This document shows positions 1 through 10,978 of a DNA stretch of 50,228 bases, piece by piece (the first letter of the stretch is position 1; every line of letters begins with the position of its first letter). Made by a program: the position numbers and the translations under genes. The DNA is taken from assembly GCA_031291555.1 (NCBI GenBank), contig JARLIV010000133.1:1-50228 (forward strand), written 5' to 3'. The stretch comes from Methylovirgula sp. (GTDB taxonomy: Bacteria; Pseudomonadota; Alphaproteobacteria; Rhizobiales; Beijerinckiaceae). The notes under the pieces are model-generated. The model worked only from the letters and a program-made list of their open reading frames with translations. It was not told the origin of the DNA and made no database searches.

Positions 1-1419
1 AACATCGTCGGCGTGGTCCTCGCCTGCAACAATTATGAGATCATCGACCTCGGCGTCATGGTCCCGGCGCAGAGGATTCTCGAAACGGCGAAGGCGGAAA
101 ATGTCGATGTCATCGGCCTTTCCGGCCTCATCACGCCCTCGCTCGATGAAATGTGCTTCGTCGCTTCGGAAATGGAACGCGAAGGCTTCGACCTACCCCT
201 GCTCATCGGCGGGGCGACGACGAGCCGCGTGCACACGGCGGTAAAAATCCATCCGAATTACCATCGTGGCCAGACGGTCTATGTCACCGATGCGAGCCGC
301 GCCGTCGGCACCGTGCAATCCTTGCTCTCGCCCGAGGGGCGCTCTGCCTATATCGACAAGCTGCGCGCCGAATATCAAAAGGTCGCGGATGCCCATGCCC
401 GCGCGGAACTCGACAAGGCGCGCGTCTCGCTCGCGCAGGCCCGCGCGAATGCACTGAGGCTCGACTTCGCCGATTATGTGCCGCCGAAGCCGCTCTTCAC
501 CGGCACGCGCGTCTTCCGCACCTATGATGTCGAGGAATTGATCCCCTATATCGATTGGACGCCCTTCTTCCGCACCTGGGAATTACGCGGCCATTTCCCA
601 GAAATTCTTGATGACAAGGAGCAAGGCGCGGCCGCGCGCCAGCTCTATGAAGACGCGCAGGACATGCTGAAGCAGATCGTCGCCGAGCGCTGGTTCGACC
701 CCAAGGCCATCATCGGCTTCTGGCCGGCCAATGCCGTCGGCGATGACATAAGGCTCTACACCGGCGAATCCCGCAGCGAGACGCTGGCGACACTGCATAC
801 GCTACGTCAGCAGCTTTCGAAGCGCGAGGGCCGGCACAATATCGCCCTCGCAGATTTCGTCGCGCCAGAAGGCAGCGGCAAGGCCGATTATATCGGCGCC
901 TTCGTCGTAACCGCCGGGGCGCGCGAGGAAAAGCTCGCCGAGCGTTTCGCCAAGGCGAACGACGATTATCGCTCGATCCTCGTCAAGGCGCTAGCCGACC
1001 GCATTGCTGAGGCTTTCGCCGAGCGGATGCACGAGCGGGTGCGGCGCGAGTTCTGGGCCTATGCGCCGGACGAGATGCTGAGCAATGAAGAGCGGATCGC
1101 GGAGAAATATCGCGGCATACGCCCCGCGCCCGGCTATCCGGCCCAGCCCGACCATACCGAGAAAGCGACCTTGTTCGATCTGCTCCAGGCCGAGCGGCGC
1201 ATCGGCGTGAAGCTGACGGAGAGCTTCGCCATGTGGCCAGGCTCATCCGTGAGCGGGCTCTATTTCTCGCATCCGCAGGCGTATTATTTCGGCGTCGGCA
1301 AGATCGAGCGCGACCAGGTCGAGGATTACGCCAAGCGCAAGGGCATAAGCGTCGCGGAGGTTGAGCGCTGGCTCGCGCCGATCCTCAACTATGACCACAC
1401 CGCCGTCGCGGCGGAATAG
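1..1419 (+). CDS. metH: Cobalamin-dependent methionine synthase, C-terminal part (B12-binding and activation domains); 5' end lies outside the window
   Basis: Frame is open from base 1 (NIVGVVLACNNY). Contains the B12-domain motifs IGLSGLITPSL and LLIGGATTS and the activation-domain motif GIRPAPGYPAQPDH. Confidence 0.97.
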   Translation, partial: NIVGVVLACNNYEIIDLGVMVPAQRILETAKAENVDVIGLSGLITPSLDEMCFVASEMEREGFDLPLLIGGATTSRVHTAVKIHPNYHRGQTVYVTDASRAVGTVQSLLSPEGRSAYIDKLRAEYQKVADAHARAELDKARVSLAQARANALRLDFADYVPPKPLFTGTRVFRTYDVEELIPYIDWTPFFRTWELRGHFPEILDDKEQGAAARQLYEDAQDMLKQIVAERWFDPKAIIGFWPANAVGDDIRLYTGESRSETLATLHTLRQQLSKREGRHNIALADFVAPEGSGKADYIGAFVVTAGAREEKLAERFAKANDDYRSILVKALADRIAEAFAERMHERVRREFWAYAPDEMLSNEERIAEKYRGIRPAPGYPAQPDHTEKATLFDLLQAERRIGVKLTESFAMWPGSSVSGLYFSHPQAYYFGVGKIERDQVEDYAKRKGISVAEVERWLAPILNYDHTAVAAE

Positions 1420-1469
1420 AGCGCTTCACCGAAAAGTGGAATCCGGTTTTCGGAAACGAAGCGCGACCG
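1417..1469. repeat. Half copy of a RIME/Bru-RS-like palindromic element
   Basis: TAGAGCGCTTC-ACCGAAAA-gtggaatccgg-TTTTCGG-aaac-GAAGCGC forms an interrupted stem-loop. Architecture resembles the elements at 23806 and 43771. Confidence 0.6.
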
Positions 1470-1524
1470 CATAAAAAGATAAATCTGGCACGAGATTGGA
1501 ATAGCGGCAGCGGGACAGCCCCGG

Positions 1525-2265
1525 CTACGCCAGCAAATCCCGCAGTGTATACAGCGTCGAGAGGTCTGCCTTGCCGTCGACGCGCGCGGGCCGGAAATGG
1601 CGCTGGAAGGCGGCGACAGCCGTTTCGGTCTCGGCATCGTAGCGACCGCTGATCACGACGCCATAGCCATAGGCAGCGAGATCGCGCTGTAGATTTGCGA
1701 CCTCTTCCCCCTCCGCCCCCAAGGTCAGCGGCGGATCGCCGCCGAGGCGATGCGGCGTCACGTAATGGCCGATGCCCGCCGCGGCGAGCTGGGCCCAGGG
1801 AAACAATTCGCCAGGGTCGGCTTTGCGGCCCGGCGCAATGTCGGAATGGGCGAGGATGCGCCGTGCCGGAATGGCGTGGCGCCGCGCGATATCGCGGCAG
1901 AGCGCGATGACGGCCGCGATCTGAACGTCGGGGTAAGGCGGGCTGCCGAAATCATGGCCGCCGTTGACGATCTCGATGCCGATCGAAGTGGAATTCATGT
2001 CCGTCTCGCCGGCCCAGAAGCTCTTGCCGGCATGCCAGGCGCGGCGGGCCTCGGGCACGAGCTGGAAAATCCGGCCATCCTCCTCGACGACATAATGTGC
2101 CGAGACCTGCGCGGCCGGGTCGCGCAGCCGCTCCAGCGCCGCCGCGCCGGTCGCCATGCCTGTATAGTGCAGGACGATCGCGCGCGGCACCTGCTCGCCC
2201 CTGTCGCCATGATTCGGCGAGGGAAGCGCGGCAGCCAAGGGACTATCAGGCGCAAAATCTTGCAT
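1525..2265 (-). CDS. N-acetylmuramoyl-L-alanine amidase (Amidase_2) with C-terminal peptidoglycan-binding domain, AmiD/AmpD family
   Basis: Motifs IVLHYT, SAHYVV, RAWHAG, SIGIE and HSDIAPGRKADPG; PG-binding C-terminus (LQRDLAAYGY...AFQRHFRP). Confidence 0.93.
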   Translation of the reverse strand: MQDFAPDSPLAAALPSPNHGDRGEQVPRAIVLHYTGMATGAAALERLRDPAAQVSAHYVVEEDGRIFQLVPEARRAWHAGKSFWAGETDMNSTSIGIEIVNGGHDFGSPPYPDVQIAAVIALCRDIARRHAIPARRILAHSDIAPGRKADPGELFPWAQLAAAGIGHYVTPHRLGGDPPLTLGAEGEEVANLQRDLAAYGYGVVISGRYDAETETAVAAFQRHFRPARVDGKADLSTLYTLRDLLA

Positions 2266-2283
2266 GAGGACGGGTCGCGGCGA

Positions 2284-2598
2284 TCAATATCCGTAATAAG
2301 CCACGCAGATCGGGCGGCCATAGACATCATAGCCCCAATGTGCGCAGCGCGGCGGTGGTGGATAATAGCCCGGCGGCGGCGGTGGCCGCGTGTTGGCGCC
2401 GACAATGGCGCCGGTGGCGGCGCCCAGGACGCCCCCAGCGAGAGCTGCGCCGGGCGAACCACCGGCCGCCGCGCCAAGTGCCAGTCCGGTCGCTCCGCCG
2501 ATCGCCGCACCGGATGTCGCGCGCTGCTCCGGCGTATAGCCGCAGCCGGTGAGGAGAAGACCCAGCACCGCAATTGAAAGGCCGCCGTGCATTTTCAT
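2284..2598 (-). CDS. Glycine-zipper lipoprotein
   Basis: ATG at 2598 follows GGAGG. Lipobox LLTGC, glycine zipper GAAIGGATGLALGA...GGVLGAATGAIVG, Pro-rich tail with a Cys pair. Confidence 0.8.
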   Translation of the reverse strand: MKMHGGLSIAVLGLLLTGCGYTPEQRATSGAAIGGATGLALGAAAGGSPGAALAGGVLGAATGAIVGANTRPPPPPGYYPPPPRCAHWGYDVYGRPICVAYYGY

Positions 2599-2701
2599 TT
2601 CCGCCTCCACAGCGAATGGAATGCCTTTTTCAAGGGTGCAGAAATCCCTTAAAATTTTGTCGGGATGACGATGGGCGTCCGGCGACACTATTCCGCTTCG
2701 G

Positions 2702-2730
2702 TTGACGATAGGCCGCCACGCGCCTATCTC
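2702..2730 (+). promoter_or_regulatory. Sigma70-type promoter of rnpB
   Basis: TTGACG (2702-2707), 17 bp spacer, TATCTC (2725-2730), ending 6 bp before the RNA 5' end. Confidence 0.6.
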
Positions 2731-2736
2731 GACTCA

Positions 2737-3111
2737 GCCAGTCGGCCGGATGGCCGCCGCATTGCGGAGGAAAGTCCGGGCTCCATAGAGACACGGTGCC
2801 GGATAACGTCCGGCGGGGGCGACCCCAGGGATAGCGCCACAGAAACGAGACCGCCCGCCGGTTCGCCGGCAGGCAAGGGTGAAACGGTGCGGTAAGAGCG
2901 CACCGCGCGGCTGGTAACAGGCGCGGCATGGCAAGCCCCACCGGGAGCAAAACCGAATAGGGGCGCAGGCGGTCTCGCAGGAGACCGCAGGGCCGTCTCT
3001 GGCCCGCGCCCGGGTAGGTTGCTTGAGACGGCCGGCAACGGCCGTCCCAGAGGAATGGCCATCACGCGCGCTTCGCGCGCCATACCAAACCCGGCTTATA
3101 GGCCGACTGGC
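2737..3111 (+). ncRNA. rnpB: RNase P RNA, bacterial type A
   Basis: Conserved GAGGAAAGTCCGGGCTCC near the 5' end, GGTGCGGTAAGAGCGCACC internally and AACCCGGCTTATAG near the 3' end. P1 pairing GCCAGTCGGCC/GGCCGACTGGC, followed by a T run. Confidence 0.97.
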
Positions 3112-3138
3112 AGTTTTTTACGCGCCATGCGCGGCCGG

Positions 3139-6100
3139 CTAGTTCAGCCGGCCCGCGGCGTGCGCGAGCATCGTATAGACCTTGCCCGTCTCTGAGGTGA
3201 GATAGGTGCGGGTCAATGTGTCGTCGCGATCGTCGCGGCTGACATCCGCGAGCAGCCGCTCGAACTCCTGGATATAGCGATCGACCGTAATGCGAAATTC
3301 GGCGTCGCCACGATAGCGGCGGCGGATTTCCTCGAAGGTCTGAGCGCCGCGGCCGATGTAGATGCCGCGCGCGAAGGCGCCGCTCTCACCGCCGCGATAG
3401 CGATCCCAAGCCTCGGCGATCGCCGCATGATCGACCATCCGTGCGATATCGTGGGAGATCGTCTCCAGCGGTTCGGAGGCCGCGGCGGCGCGCCCGATTG
3501 CCGGCAGGCCCCGCGCCGGCTCCTCCGATGGGAACGGACGGCGCGGCGCCGGCTGATCCTCGCGCGAGGCGCGGGCCAGCAGATCGGACAGCCAGCCGGG
3601 GTTGCGATCGGCGGACGCCGGACGGGGCGATGCGGGTGCCGGGCGTGGCGCACGCGGCGGCTCGGATCGTGCGGGCTCCAGCCGCCGGGCCGGCGCAGCC
3701 TCGCGCGGCGCGGTCAGCGGTTCCGAAAGATCATAGGAATGCCCGGAGCGCGCGACGATATCGGTCAGCTCGTTGAGCGCCTTGATCTGGTCGGCGACGA
3801 CCCGGCGCATGGCGGCGGTCTGCTCCGCCGTCTCCTGCGGCAGCCCGACAGCGTTGCGGCGGACTTCCTCGCGGGTCGTCTCCAGCTCGCGATGGATTTC
3901 GCGGGCAATTCCGCGCATTTCCGTTGCGGCCGTCTGGAACCGCGCCGTCGATTGGCCGAAGATATCCTCGATCTCGGCGCTCGCCTGCTGATAGGCCGCC
4001 TGCAAAAGCTGGGCGGTGCGCTCACGCTCGCTGCCGATCGAGGCGCGGATATCGCTGAACTGGCGCTCGACCTGGCTTGCTGTCATCTGCGACGTATTCG
4101 CCAGGAAGGAGCCGATCTCTTGCGCCCGCACCTCGACGCGGCGGAAGGCCTCCTCGACCAGAGTCTGGAACGAGCCCATCACACCGTCGAAATCCTCGCG
4201 CCGGGCCGCCACATTGGCAAGCAGACCTTCGATTGCCGCACGGCGTTCGTTGAGCGTCCGATCGAGTTCGGCCTGAGAGCGCGATAGATCGGCGGCGGCC
4301 GCCGCCAAAGCCTGCTGCTGTTGCGCGATCACCTGATAGAGCGCCTCGGCGCTGCTGATCGTCGAACCGGCGTTGGCGCCGAGGCTCTCGATCTGCTCGC
4401 CGATGTCGGCGGTCGCCCGCTCGAACTGGGCGATGCGCGCGGCCAGGGCGGTTTCGACCGCCGCGAAGCTCGCCTGAGCGCTCTCGACCGTCCGCTGCAC
4501 GGCAGCATTCTTCTCATCGAGCGCGCCGATGGCTTCGGTCATGCCGGCGCGCACCTGATGATGCGTGGAGACAAGCGAATTGACCGAGGCGCTGGCACCG
4601 GCCGCCAAAGCATTGCTGAGGCTCTGCGTCGATTGATCGATCGCGGCGGTAAGCTCAGCCTGCTTGGCGCCGAGCTTTTCGACGAGATCCGAGCCCTTCG
4701 TGTCGAGGACGGCATGAATGGCTTCGGAGCGCGCGCTTAACGTCTCGTGCAAATTACCGCTGCGCTCGTCGAGCCCAGCCTGCAGCTCAACCAGGCGCCC
4801 CGCCAAAGTCGCGCCGATTTCGTTGACGCGGCCCGCGAGGACGCCGCCGATCTCGCTGATGCGGCCGGCGAGCGTCGTGTCGAGATCCTGCGAGGCTTGG
4901 CCAAGCAGGCTGCGCAGCGCATCGGCGCGCCCGGCCAGCAGACCTTCGAGCTGGCCGGATTCGTGGTCGAGCGCGGCGCTGATCGTGCCGGTGTGATGGG
5001 CGAGCGTCTGGTCGATCTCCTGCGCCCGCGCCGCCAGATTGTCGGAGAGCTCGCGCCCACGCTGGTCGAGGTCGGCGGTGACGAGATCGAGCCGCCCGAC
5101 GATCTGCTCCTCGAAGCGGGCGATACGGCCATCGAGCGTATCGGCGATCTCGCTGGCACGCACGCCAAGCACTTCGTTCACATCCTGCGCCTGATCGGAC
5201 AAGGTCTGCGCGATCTCGATCGCACGGCCGCCAAGCAGGCGATTGACCTCGTCGGCCTTGACCGCGAGCGTCTGCGCGATCTCCGTCGCGCGTGTGCCGA
5301 GCACTTGATCGACCTCCTCCGCTTTCGCCGACAGCAGCAGCGCGATTTCCGTCGCCCGGCTGCCCAAGGCCGCATTAATTTCGCCGGCGCGATCGTCGAA
5401 GATCGTATTGATGTCGCTGGCCTGGGCGCTGAGCACGGTGCTGATCTCTTCCGCGCGCGCCGCCAGCATGTCGCCGACGCCGGCAGTGCTGGCGCTCAAC
5501 AGTTGACGCGCCTCGCTGGCCTTTTCGGCAAAGTTCTCGGTAAAGGCCGCGACCTGCTGCGCCAGCTCGGTATTGATCGCCTCGGCGCGCGCCTCGAGCG
5601 CCTGCGTGACCTCGCGGTTGCCGTCGCTCAGCACGCGGGCGATTTCGAGGGTGCGCGCCGCAAGCGTCTCGTGCAGCGTCCGGGCGCGACCATCGAGCGC
5701 GTTATCGATACGGCCGAGCAGGCCTTCCAACGAATCGGCGACCTGCTGCGTCCGCGCAGAGGCGCGATCGTCCAGATTTTGCGCATGCTCGGCGAAAACG
5801 GCGACCGTGCGATCGTTATGCTCAGTGAGCTTGCGATCGAGTTCGCCGCCCTGGTTGTCGAGCACACCCCGCAGCGTCTCGAAATGCGACGAGAGCCGGG
5901 TCGCGAGCACATCGGCGCTTTCGCCGAGCCGTTCGGCAATCTCGTTGCCCTGGCCGGCAATGGCATCCTCGAACCGCGCGAGCCGCTCGGACAGCGTCTC
6001 GTTAATGCGCTCGCCGTGTGTGGCGATGGCGCTGATGGCATCGCCCGCCGTCTCGGCGAAACGATCGTTGAGCGTGCCCGCGTGATAGGCGAAACTGTCG

Positions 6101-7626
6101 AAGGATTCCTGCGCCGTGGCGGCAAGGCGCTCATGCATCCGCTCGGAATGTGCCGTGAGCGTCGAGGAGGATTCCTCCAGCACGGCGGCGGCGCGGGCGC
6201 TCGCCTCTTCGAGCTTCTGCGCCATTTCGCTGACGACGCTCTGGCCGTTGTCGCGCAATTGCGTCTCGACATCAGCGAGCTTTTGCGTCAGGCCCTGCGA
6301 GACTTGGTCGAAGGCCGAGGTCGCTCCGCTCAATGCCGCGGCGGTGCGCTCGCTCGCATCGTCAAGCCGCTGCGTGATATGGCTCGCGAAAGCCTCGCTG
6401 GTTTCGTTGAGATGCGCGTCGACCTCGTTCAGGCGCTGATCGAAGCTTTGCACCATCTCAGTGTTGGCGCGCTCGATGCTCGCTTCAACGGCGGCGCGCG
6501 CCTGCTCGAGGCGGCCGATAATGTCTTCGCCATGCGCGGCCAGCGTGCCAACCAGATCCTCGCCCGCCTGAGCGAGCGAGAAGCGGATTTCCTCAGCCTT
6601 GGCGCCGAGCGAATTGGTGATGCGATTGCCGGTACCGTTGAGGTTTTCGGTCAGACCACTGGCGGCGCTGTCGAGCTCGCGGGCAAAGGAATCCTGCGCC
6701 CCGCTGATCGCCGTGCGCATCCGCTCGCTATTGGCGAGCATTGACTCGCGCTCCGTCGTCAGTTCGTCGACCAGCGAACGGATACGGCGCTCGTTCTCCG
6801 AATAGGAGCGCTCGAGATTGGAAACCTCGGAACGTACCAAGGTCTCGAGTTCGCCCGCGCGGGCCAGCGCCCGCTCGATCCCGTCGCCCATCGAAACGAT
6901 CTCGCGGCGGATCGCTTGCGACAAGGTCACCATTTGCTCGCTGGCGATCGTCTCCGGCGCGGAAAGCCGCATCGCGATCTCGACCATCGAGCGGGCGGTC
7001 AGGCGCATCTCCTGCGCCCGCCGCGCCAGGAGCGCGGTCACGATGAAGAAGATGACCGGCCCAAGCGTGATGATCGCGAACAGCGCGGTCTCCGGACGGA
7101 GAGCCGAAGCGCCCGGCACCAAAAGCTCGGCGCGATGCGCGCCGAAATAAAGCCCGGCGAGAACGAGCCAGACCAAAGACAAGAGCCCGGCGATGACCAG
7201 CGGCGCCGGGCTCGGGCGCTGGTTCAGCGCCCGGAGCATCGCACCGACGGAATGGCGGTCGTCGTTCGCCGGCGCGGCCGCCGGCTGGACGGGCGTCTGG
7301 CTGGCGGCGAAATCGCCCTGCCCCGCCGACTTGCCGGTCTCCGGCCTCTTTGGCGCAAACAGCGGGTGGTCCTCGACCTCCGGCAGGCGCGGCGTGGAAC
7401 GCTCCTCCGGGTCAAGCGCCGGCGCGCCGAGCGACGGCCCCTCCGGATAGCGTCGCATGATCTTGGGCGTCTTGTCGGGGTCGGAAGCCTTGGGGAAGAT
7501 TGGCGTCGAAATCTCCGGCGCTTTGTTTTCATCGGCAGCAGGCGTGTCGCCGGAAAGGTTCAACGCCTCTTCGATCGCCGACAGCGCCGCAGCCGCGGGA
7601 TCTTGCGCCTTATTGGACGTCGCCAT
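3139..7626 (-). CDS. Polar growth scaffold, GPR/RgsE homolog (apolipoprotein-like repeat protein)
   Basis: N-terminal DPAAAALSAIEEAL and PANDDR motifs, two TM helices, long 11/22-residue amphipathic repeats, Pro-rich linker and conserved C-terminus SETGKVYTMLAHAAGR. Confidence 0.85.
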   Translation of the reverse strand: MATSNKAQDPAAAALSAIEEALNLSGDTPAADENKAPEISTPIFPKASDPDKTPKIMRRYPEGPSLGAPALDPEERSTPRLPEVEDHPLFAPKRPETGKSAGQGDFAASQTPVQPAAAPANDDRHSVGAMLRALNQRPSPAPLVIAGLLSLVWLVLAGLYFGAHRAELLVPGASALRPETALFAIITLGPVIFFIVTALLARRAQEMRLTARSMVEIAMRLSAPETIASEQMVTLSQAIRREIVSMGDGIERALARAGELETLVRSEVSNLERSYSENERRIRSLVDELTTERESMLANSERMRTAISGAQDSFARELDSAASGLTENLNGTGNRITNSLGAKAEEIRFSLAQAGEDLVGTLAAHGEDIIGRLEQARAAVEASIERANTEMVQSFDQRLNEVDAHLNETSEAFASHITQRLDDASERTAAALSGATSAFDQVSQGLTQKLADVETQLRDNGQSVVSEMAQKLEEASARAAAVLEESSSTLTAHSERMHERLAATAQESFDSFAYHAGTLNDRFAETAGDAISAIATHGERINETLSERLARFEDAIAGQGNEIAERLGESADVLATRLSSHFETLRGVLDNQGGELDRKLTEHNDRTVAVFAEHAQNLDDRASARTQQVADSLEGLLGRIDNALDGRARTLHETLAARTLEIARVLSDGNREVTQALEARAEAINTELAQQVAAFTENFAEKASEARQLLSASTAGVGDMLAARAEEISTVLSAQASDINTIFDDRAGEINAALGSRATEIALLLSAKAEEVDQVLGTRATEIAQTLAVKADEVNRLLGGRAIEIAQTLSDQAQDVNEVLGVRASEIADTLDGRIARFEEQIVGRLDLVTADLDQRGRELSDNLAARAQEIDQTLAHHTGTISAALDHESGQLEGLLAGRADALRSLLGQASQDLDTTLAGRISEIGGVLAGRVNEIGATLAGRLVELQAGLDERSGNLHETLSARSEAIHAVLDTKGSDLVEKLGAKQAELTAAIDQSTQSLSNALAAGASASVNSLVSTHHQVRAGMTEAIGALDEKNAAVQRTVESAQASFAAVETALAARIAQFERATADIGEQIESLGANAGSTISSAEALYQVIAQQQQALAAAAADLSRSQAELDRTLNERRAAIEGLLANVAARREDFDGVMGSFQTLVEEAFRRVEVRAQEIGSFLANTSQMTASQVERQFSDIRASIGSERERTAQLLQAAYQQASAEIEDIFGQSTARFQTAATEMRGIAREIHRELETTREEVRRNAVGLPQETAEQTAAMRRVVADQIKALNELTDIVARSGHSYDLSEPLTAPREAAPARRLEPARSEPPRAPRPAPASPRPASADRNPGWLSDLLARASREDQPAPRRPFPSEEPARGLPAIGRAAAASEPLETISHDIARMVDHAAIAEAWDRYRGGESGAFARGIYIGRGAQTFEEIRRRYRGDAEFRITVDRYIQEFERLLADVSRDDRDDTLTRTYLTSETGKVYTMLAHAAGRLN

Positions 7627-7787
7627 GATAACCTCTTACGCAAACGGAGATACGCATCCGCACCCTACACACGACGCGCGTTGCCGCCGTGCCGGCGACA
7701 AAACCGCAAACATTCCGTTAACCAAGGGCAGTCTACATCCGCGCTAGGGCGATTGAAACCGCCGCTGCCAAAGGTTTGCAAACGTCG

Positions 7788-7806
7788 TTAACGCGGCCTT
7801 CACCAT
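7788..7806 (+). promoter_or_regulatory. Putative CtrA binding site
   Basis: TTAA-cgcggcc-TTCAccat is one mismatch from TTAA-N7-TTAA. A half site TTAACCA lies at 7718. Confidence 0.45.
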
Positions 7807-7958
7807 AAAAGCAAAGAATTGCCCGCGTCGGCGCCACTGGCGTTACCCCTGTAACTTGTCAAGCAAAATCCGTACGATGGCAAGCAGCTCCATGAGGCCA
7901 GCGTAAAATTCGCTGGGGACGGATTCGTGAATCGCCACCCGCCCACGAACGCGGCGCG

Positions 7959-8342
7959 GTGGCCGAAAAGGTGGCGCGAGCGGTGAAGACGTTCGATCTG
8001 CATCATCTCGCGTCGCAAACCGGCGGCGACGCGGCGCTTCAACGCGAGATTCTGACGCTTTTTGCCGACCAATCCACGGCGATCCTGTCGGCGCTGGATG
8101 ATCCCTCCGCTCTGCCCCTCGCCCGCGCCGATCTCGCGCACAAGCTCACAGGCTCCGCCAAGGCGGTCGGCGCCTTTGCTCTCGCGGAGGCCGCGGCAGC
8201 CGCGGAGGCCGAGGCCCGGGCGGGCGCCGCCGCCCCGGACGCACTTGCGCGCCTGCCGGGTGCCTGCGAAGCCGCATTGGCGGCGATCCGCCGACGTCTC
8301 AACGAGCTCCCTAGCCCCAATTCCCGCAATCCTGACGCATAA
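7959..8342 (+). CDS. Stand-alone Hpt (histidine phosphotransfer) domain protein
   Basis: FDLHHL...GGDAALQREILTLF N-terminus and AHKLTGSAKAVGA His motif. Confidence 0.85.
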   Translation: MAEKVARAVKTFDLHHLASQTGGDAALQREILTLFADQSTAILSALDDPSALPLARADLAHKLTGSAKAVGAFALAEAAAAAEAEARAGAAAPDALARLPGACEAALAAIRRRLNELPSPNSRNPDA

Positions 8343-8488
8343 TTGCTGCGCTGCGTCAAAAAAGCCCCGCCAAAACCGCGGTTTTGACGCCAAATTCCGG
8401 CTTCCCCATCAAGACGAGGCTATTCATCGCGCAAGCTCTTCATTAAAAGGCGCGCAATCCCACCTCCCAAACTCCAGAGAAAGCATCA

Positions 8489-8809
8489 ATGGTCCACATT
8501 ACTTTCATCGATTCATCGGGCGAAAAGCGGCCGGTCGAAGCCGAGGAAGGCTCGACCGTCATGGAGGCGGCGATCCGCAATTCGATTCCCGAGATCACCG
8601 CCGAATGTGGCGGGGCGTGTGCCTGCGCCACCTGTCACGTCTATGTCGATGAAGCTTTTGTGCCGCTGACCGGCGAGGCCAGCCCGCAGGAAGAGGACAT
8701 GCTTGATTTCGCCTATGCCGTGCAGCCAAATTCGCGCCTGGCATGCCAAATCAAGGTCACGCCCGAGGTCGATGGCCTGATCGTCACGACGCCGGCGCGC
8801 CAGGGTTAG
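8489..8809 (+). CDS. 2Fe-2S ferredoxin (adrenodoxin/putidaredoxin type)
   Basis: CGGACACATCHVY and SRLACQ motifs. Confidence 0.95.
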   Translation: MVHITFIDSSGEKRPVEAEEGSTVMEAAIRNSIPEITAECGGACACATCHVYVDEAFVPLTGEASPQEEDMLDFAYAVQPNSRLACQIKVTPEVDGLIVTTPARQG

Positions 8810-8839
8810 CCCTCGCGCCAATTCCGCGATGATCGCTGA

Positions 8840-9937
<1,098 letters not shown>

Positions 9938-9947
9938 AGCGGGCGTC

Positions 9948-9980
9948 AAAAAAAAATGGACCGACCCGAAGGCCGGTCCA
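9948..9980 (-). terminator. Rho-independent terminator of the outer-membrane channel gene
   Basis: Minus strand reads TGGACCGGCC-TTCG-GGTCGGTCCA-T9. Confidence 0.85.
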
Positions 9981-10011
9981 GTCACATGCCCTGGACGGGA
10001 GCCTGTGAAAC

Positions 10012-10914
10012 TCAATATTTGGCGACAACCGGCGCTGCCGGCGCGGGCGGATTCCACAACGGGATGATGATGCGGCCCCAAACCCGCGTGTCCGGGCCGC
10101 CGAGGGTGAGCGGCGCCTGATTGTTCGCCACGACGCTGCGCGTCGCGAAGACTTCCGCCGTCACAGTGCCGAAGGTGTAGCCGACGAGACCGCCGAGCGC
10201 GACCTGGCTGTAACGGCGATTGCCGTAGTCGTTGCCGACCGTGTTGCTGATATCGGTCGAGGCATTGCCGACGAAACCCAGCTCCCATTTGTCAATGTGC
10301 TTGACCGCCGAGAAATCGACGTCGATCGTATCGGGCTGGGTTTGGTAGCCAAAGCTCGCGTTGTTGCCGCTGATGCCGAGGGTGAAGTTCGCCCCGAGGC
10401 TCCAGCCGTCGGCGCTGTTATAGGCGATGCCCGCGAGATCGGTGAAGGTCCAGAAATTACCGCCGATCCCGAGCATACCGATATCGGTATTGACCGGGAA
10501 GAACGTGCCGACGAATTCGGACGCACTCCAGCCGCTGCCGAGGTTCCACACTTCGCCGACCAAGGCCGCCGCATTGTAGAACGAGGTGTCGCTCACGCCG
10601 GCGGTGTGATCCCCGACGCTCAGCTCCGGTACCGACGCGATCGCCTCGACATGGCCACCGAGGAAATCCCACGGCGTCGACCAGACGAAAGTGGGAAGGT
10701 TGACCTCCGCATCGACCCGACCGATGCCCGACTCGCGGTTCATGTAATAACCGGTGTCGGCAAAATAGAGACCGCCTGGCAGAACCACGGCGACCGGCAG
10801 ATTCATCGTCCAGCCGGCGGGGCTGACGGTGTCGGCGAAGGCCTTGGTGCCGGTGATGCTCAATGCGGCCATGGTACACAGGGCGGTTGCCCCGACCAGT
10901 TTTGCGGTTCTCAT
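10012..10914 (-). CDS. Outer-membrane beta-barrel channel, COG4313/SphA (Phenol_MetA_deg) family
   Basis: Signal peptide ending AFA; LPVAVVLPGGLYF and FVWSTPWDFLGG motifs; alternating beta-strand pattern; PVVAKY C-terminal tail typical of rhizobial OMPs. Confidence 0.75.
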   Translation of the reverse strand: MRTAKLVGATALCTMAALSITGTKAFADTVSPAGWTMNLPVAVVLPGGLYFADTGYYMNRESGIGRVDAEVNLPTFVWSTPWDFLGGHVEAIASVPELSVGDHTAGVSDTSFYNAAALVGEVWNLGSGWSASEFVGTFFPVNTDIGMLGIGGNFWTFTDLAGIAYNSADGWSLGANFTLGISGNNASFGYQTQPDTIDVDFSAVKHIDKWELGFVGNASTDISNTVGNDYGNRRYSQVALGGLVGYTFGTVTAEVFATRSVVANNQAPLTLGGPDTRVWGRIIIPLWNPPAPAAPVVAKY

Positions 10915-10978
10915 GCAAATCCCCCTCGGTTTGCGTGTTCGATATGTGAAGAATTTGCACCCTTCGCAGGTGCAGCAT

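Noticed and set aside
2630-3083. Several short ORFs over 2630-3083
   Set aside because: They overlap the RNase P RNA gene.
3082-3100. rnpB 3' conserved region reads ACCAAACCCGGCTTA, not the common ACAGAACCCGGCTTA
   Set aside because: It still fits the ACNRA pattern and P4 pairing is intact.
4747-6744. Long antisense ORF (665 aa), and similar ones at 13048-14754, 20203-22362, 36171-37526 and 38800-40857
   Set aside because: They are shadows of well-supported genes on the opposite strand. Such ORFs are expected at high GC3 and have no recognisable motifs.
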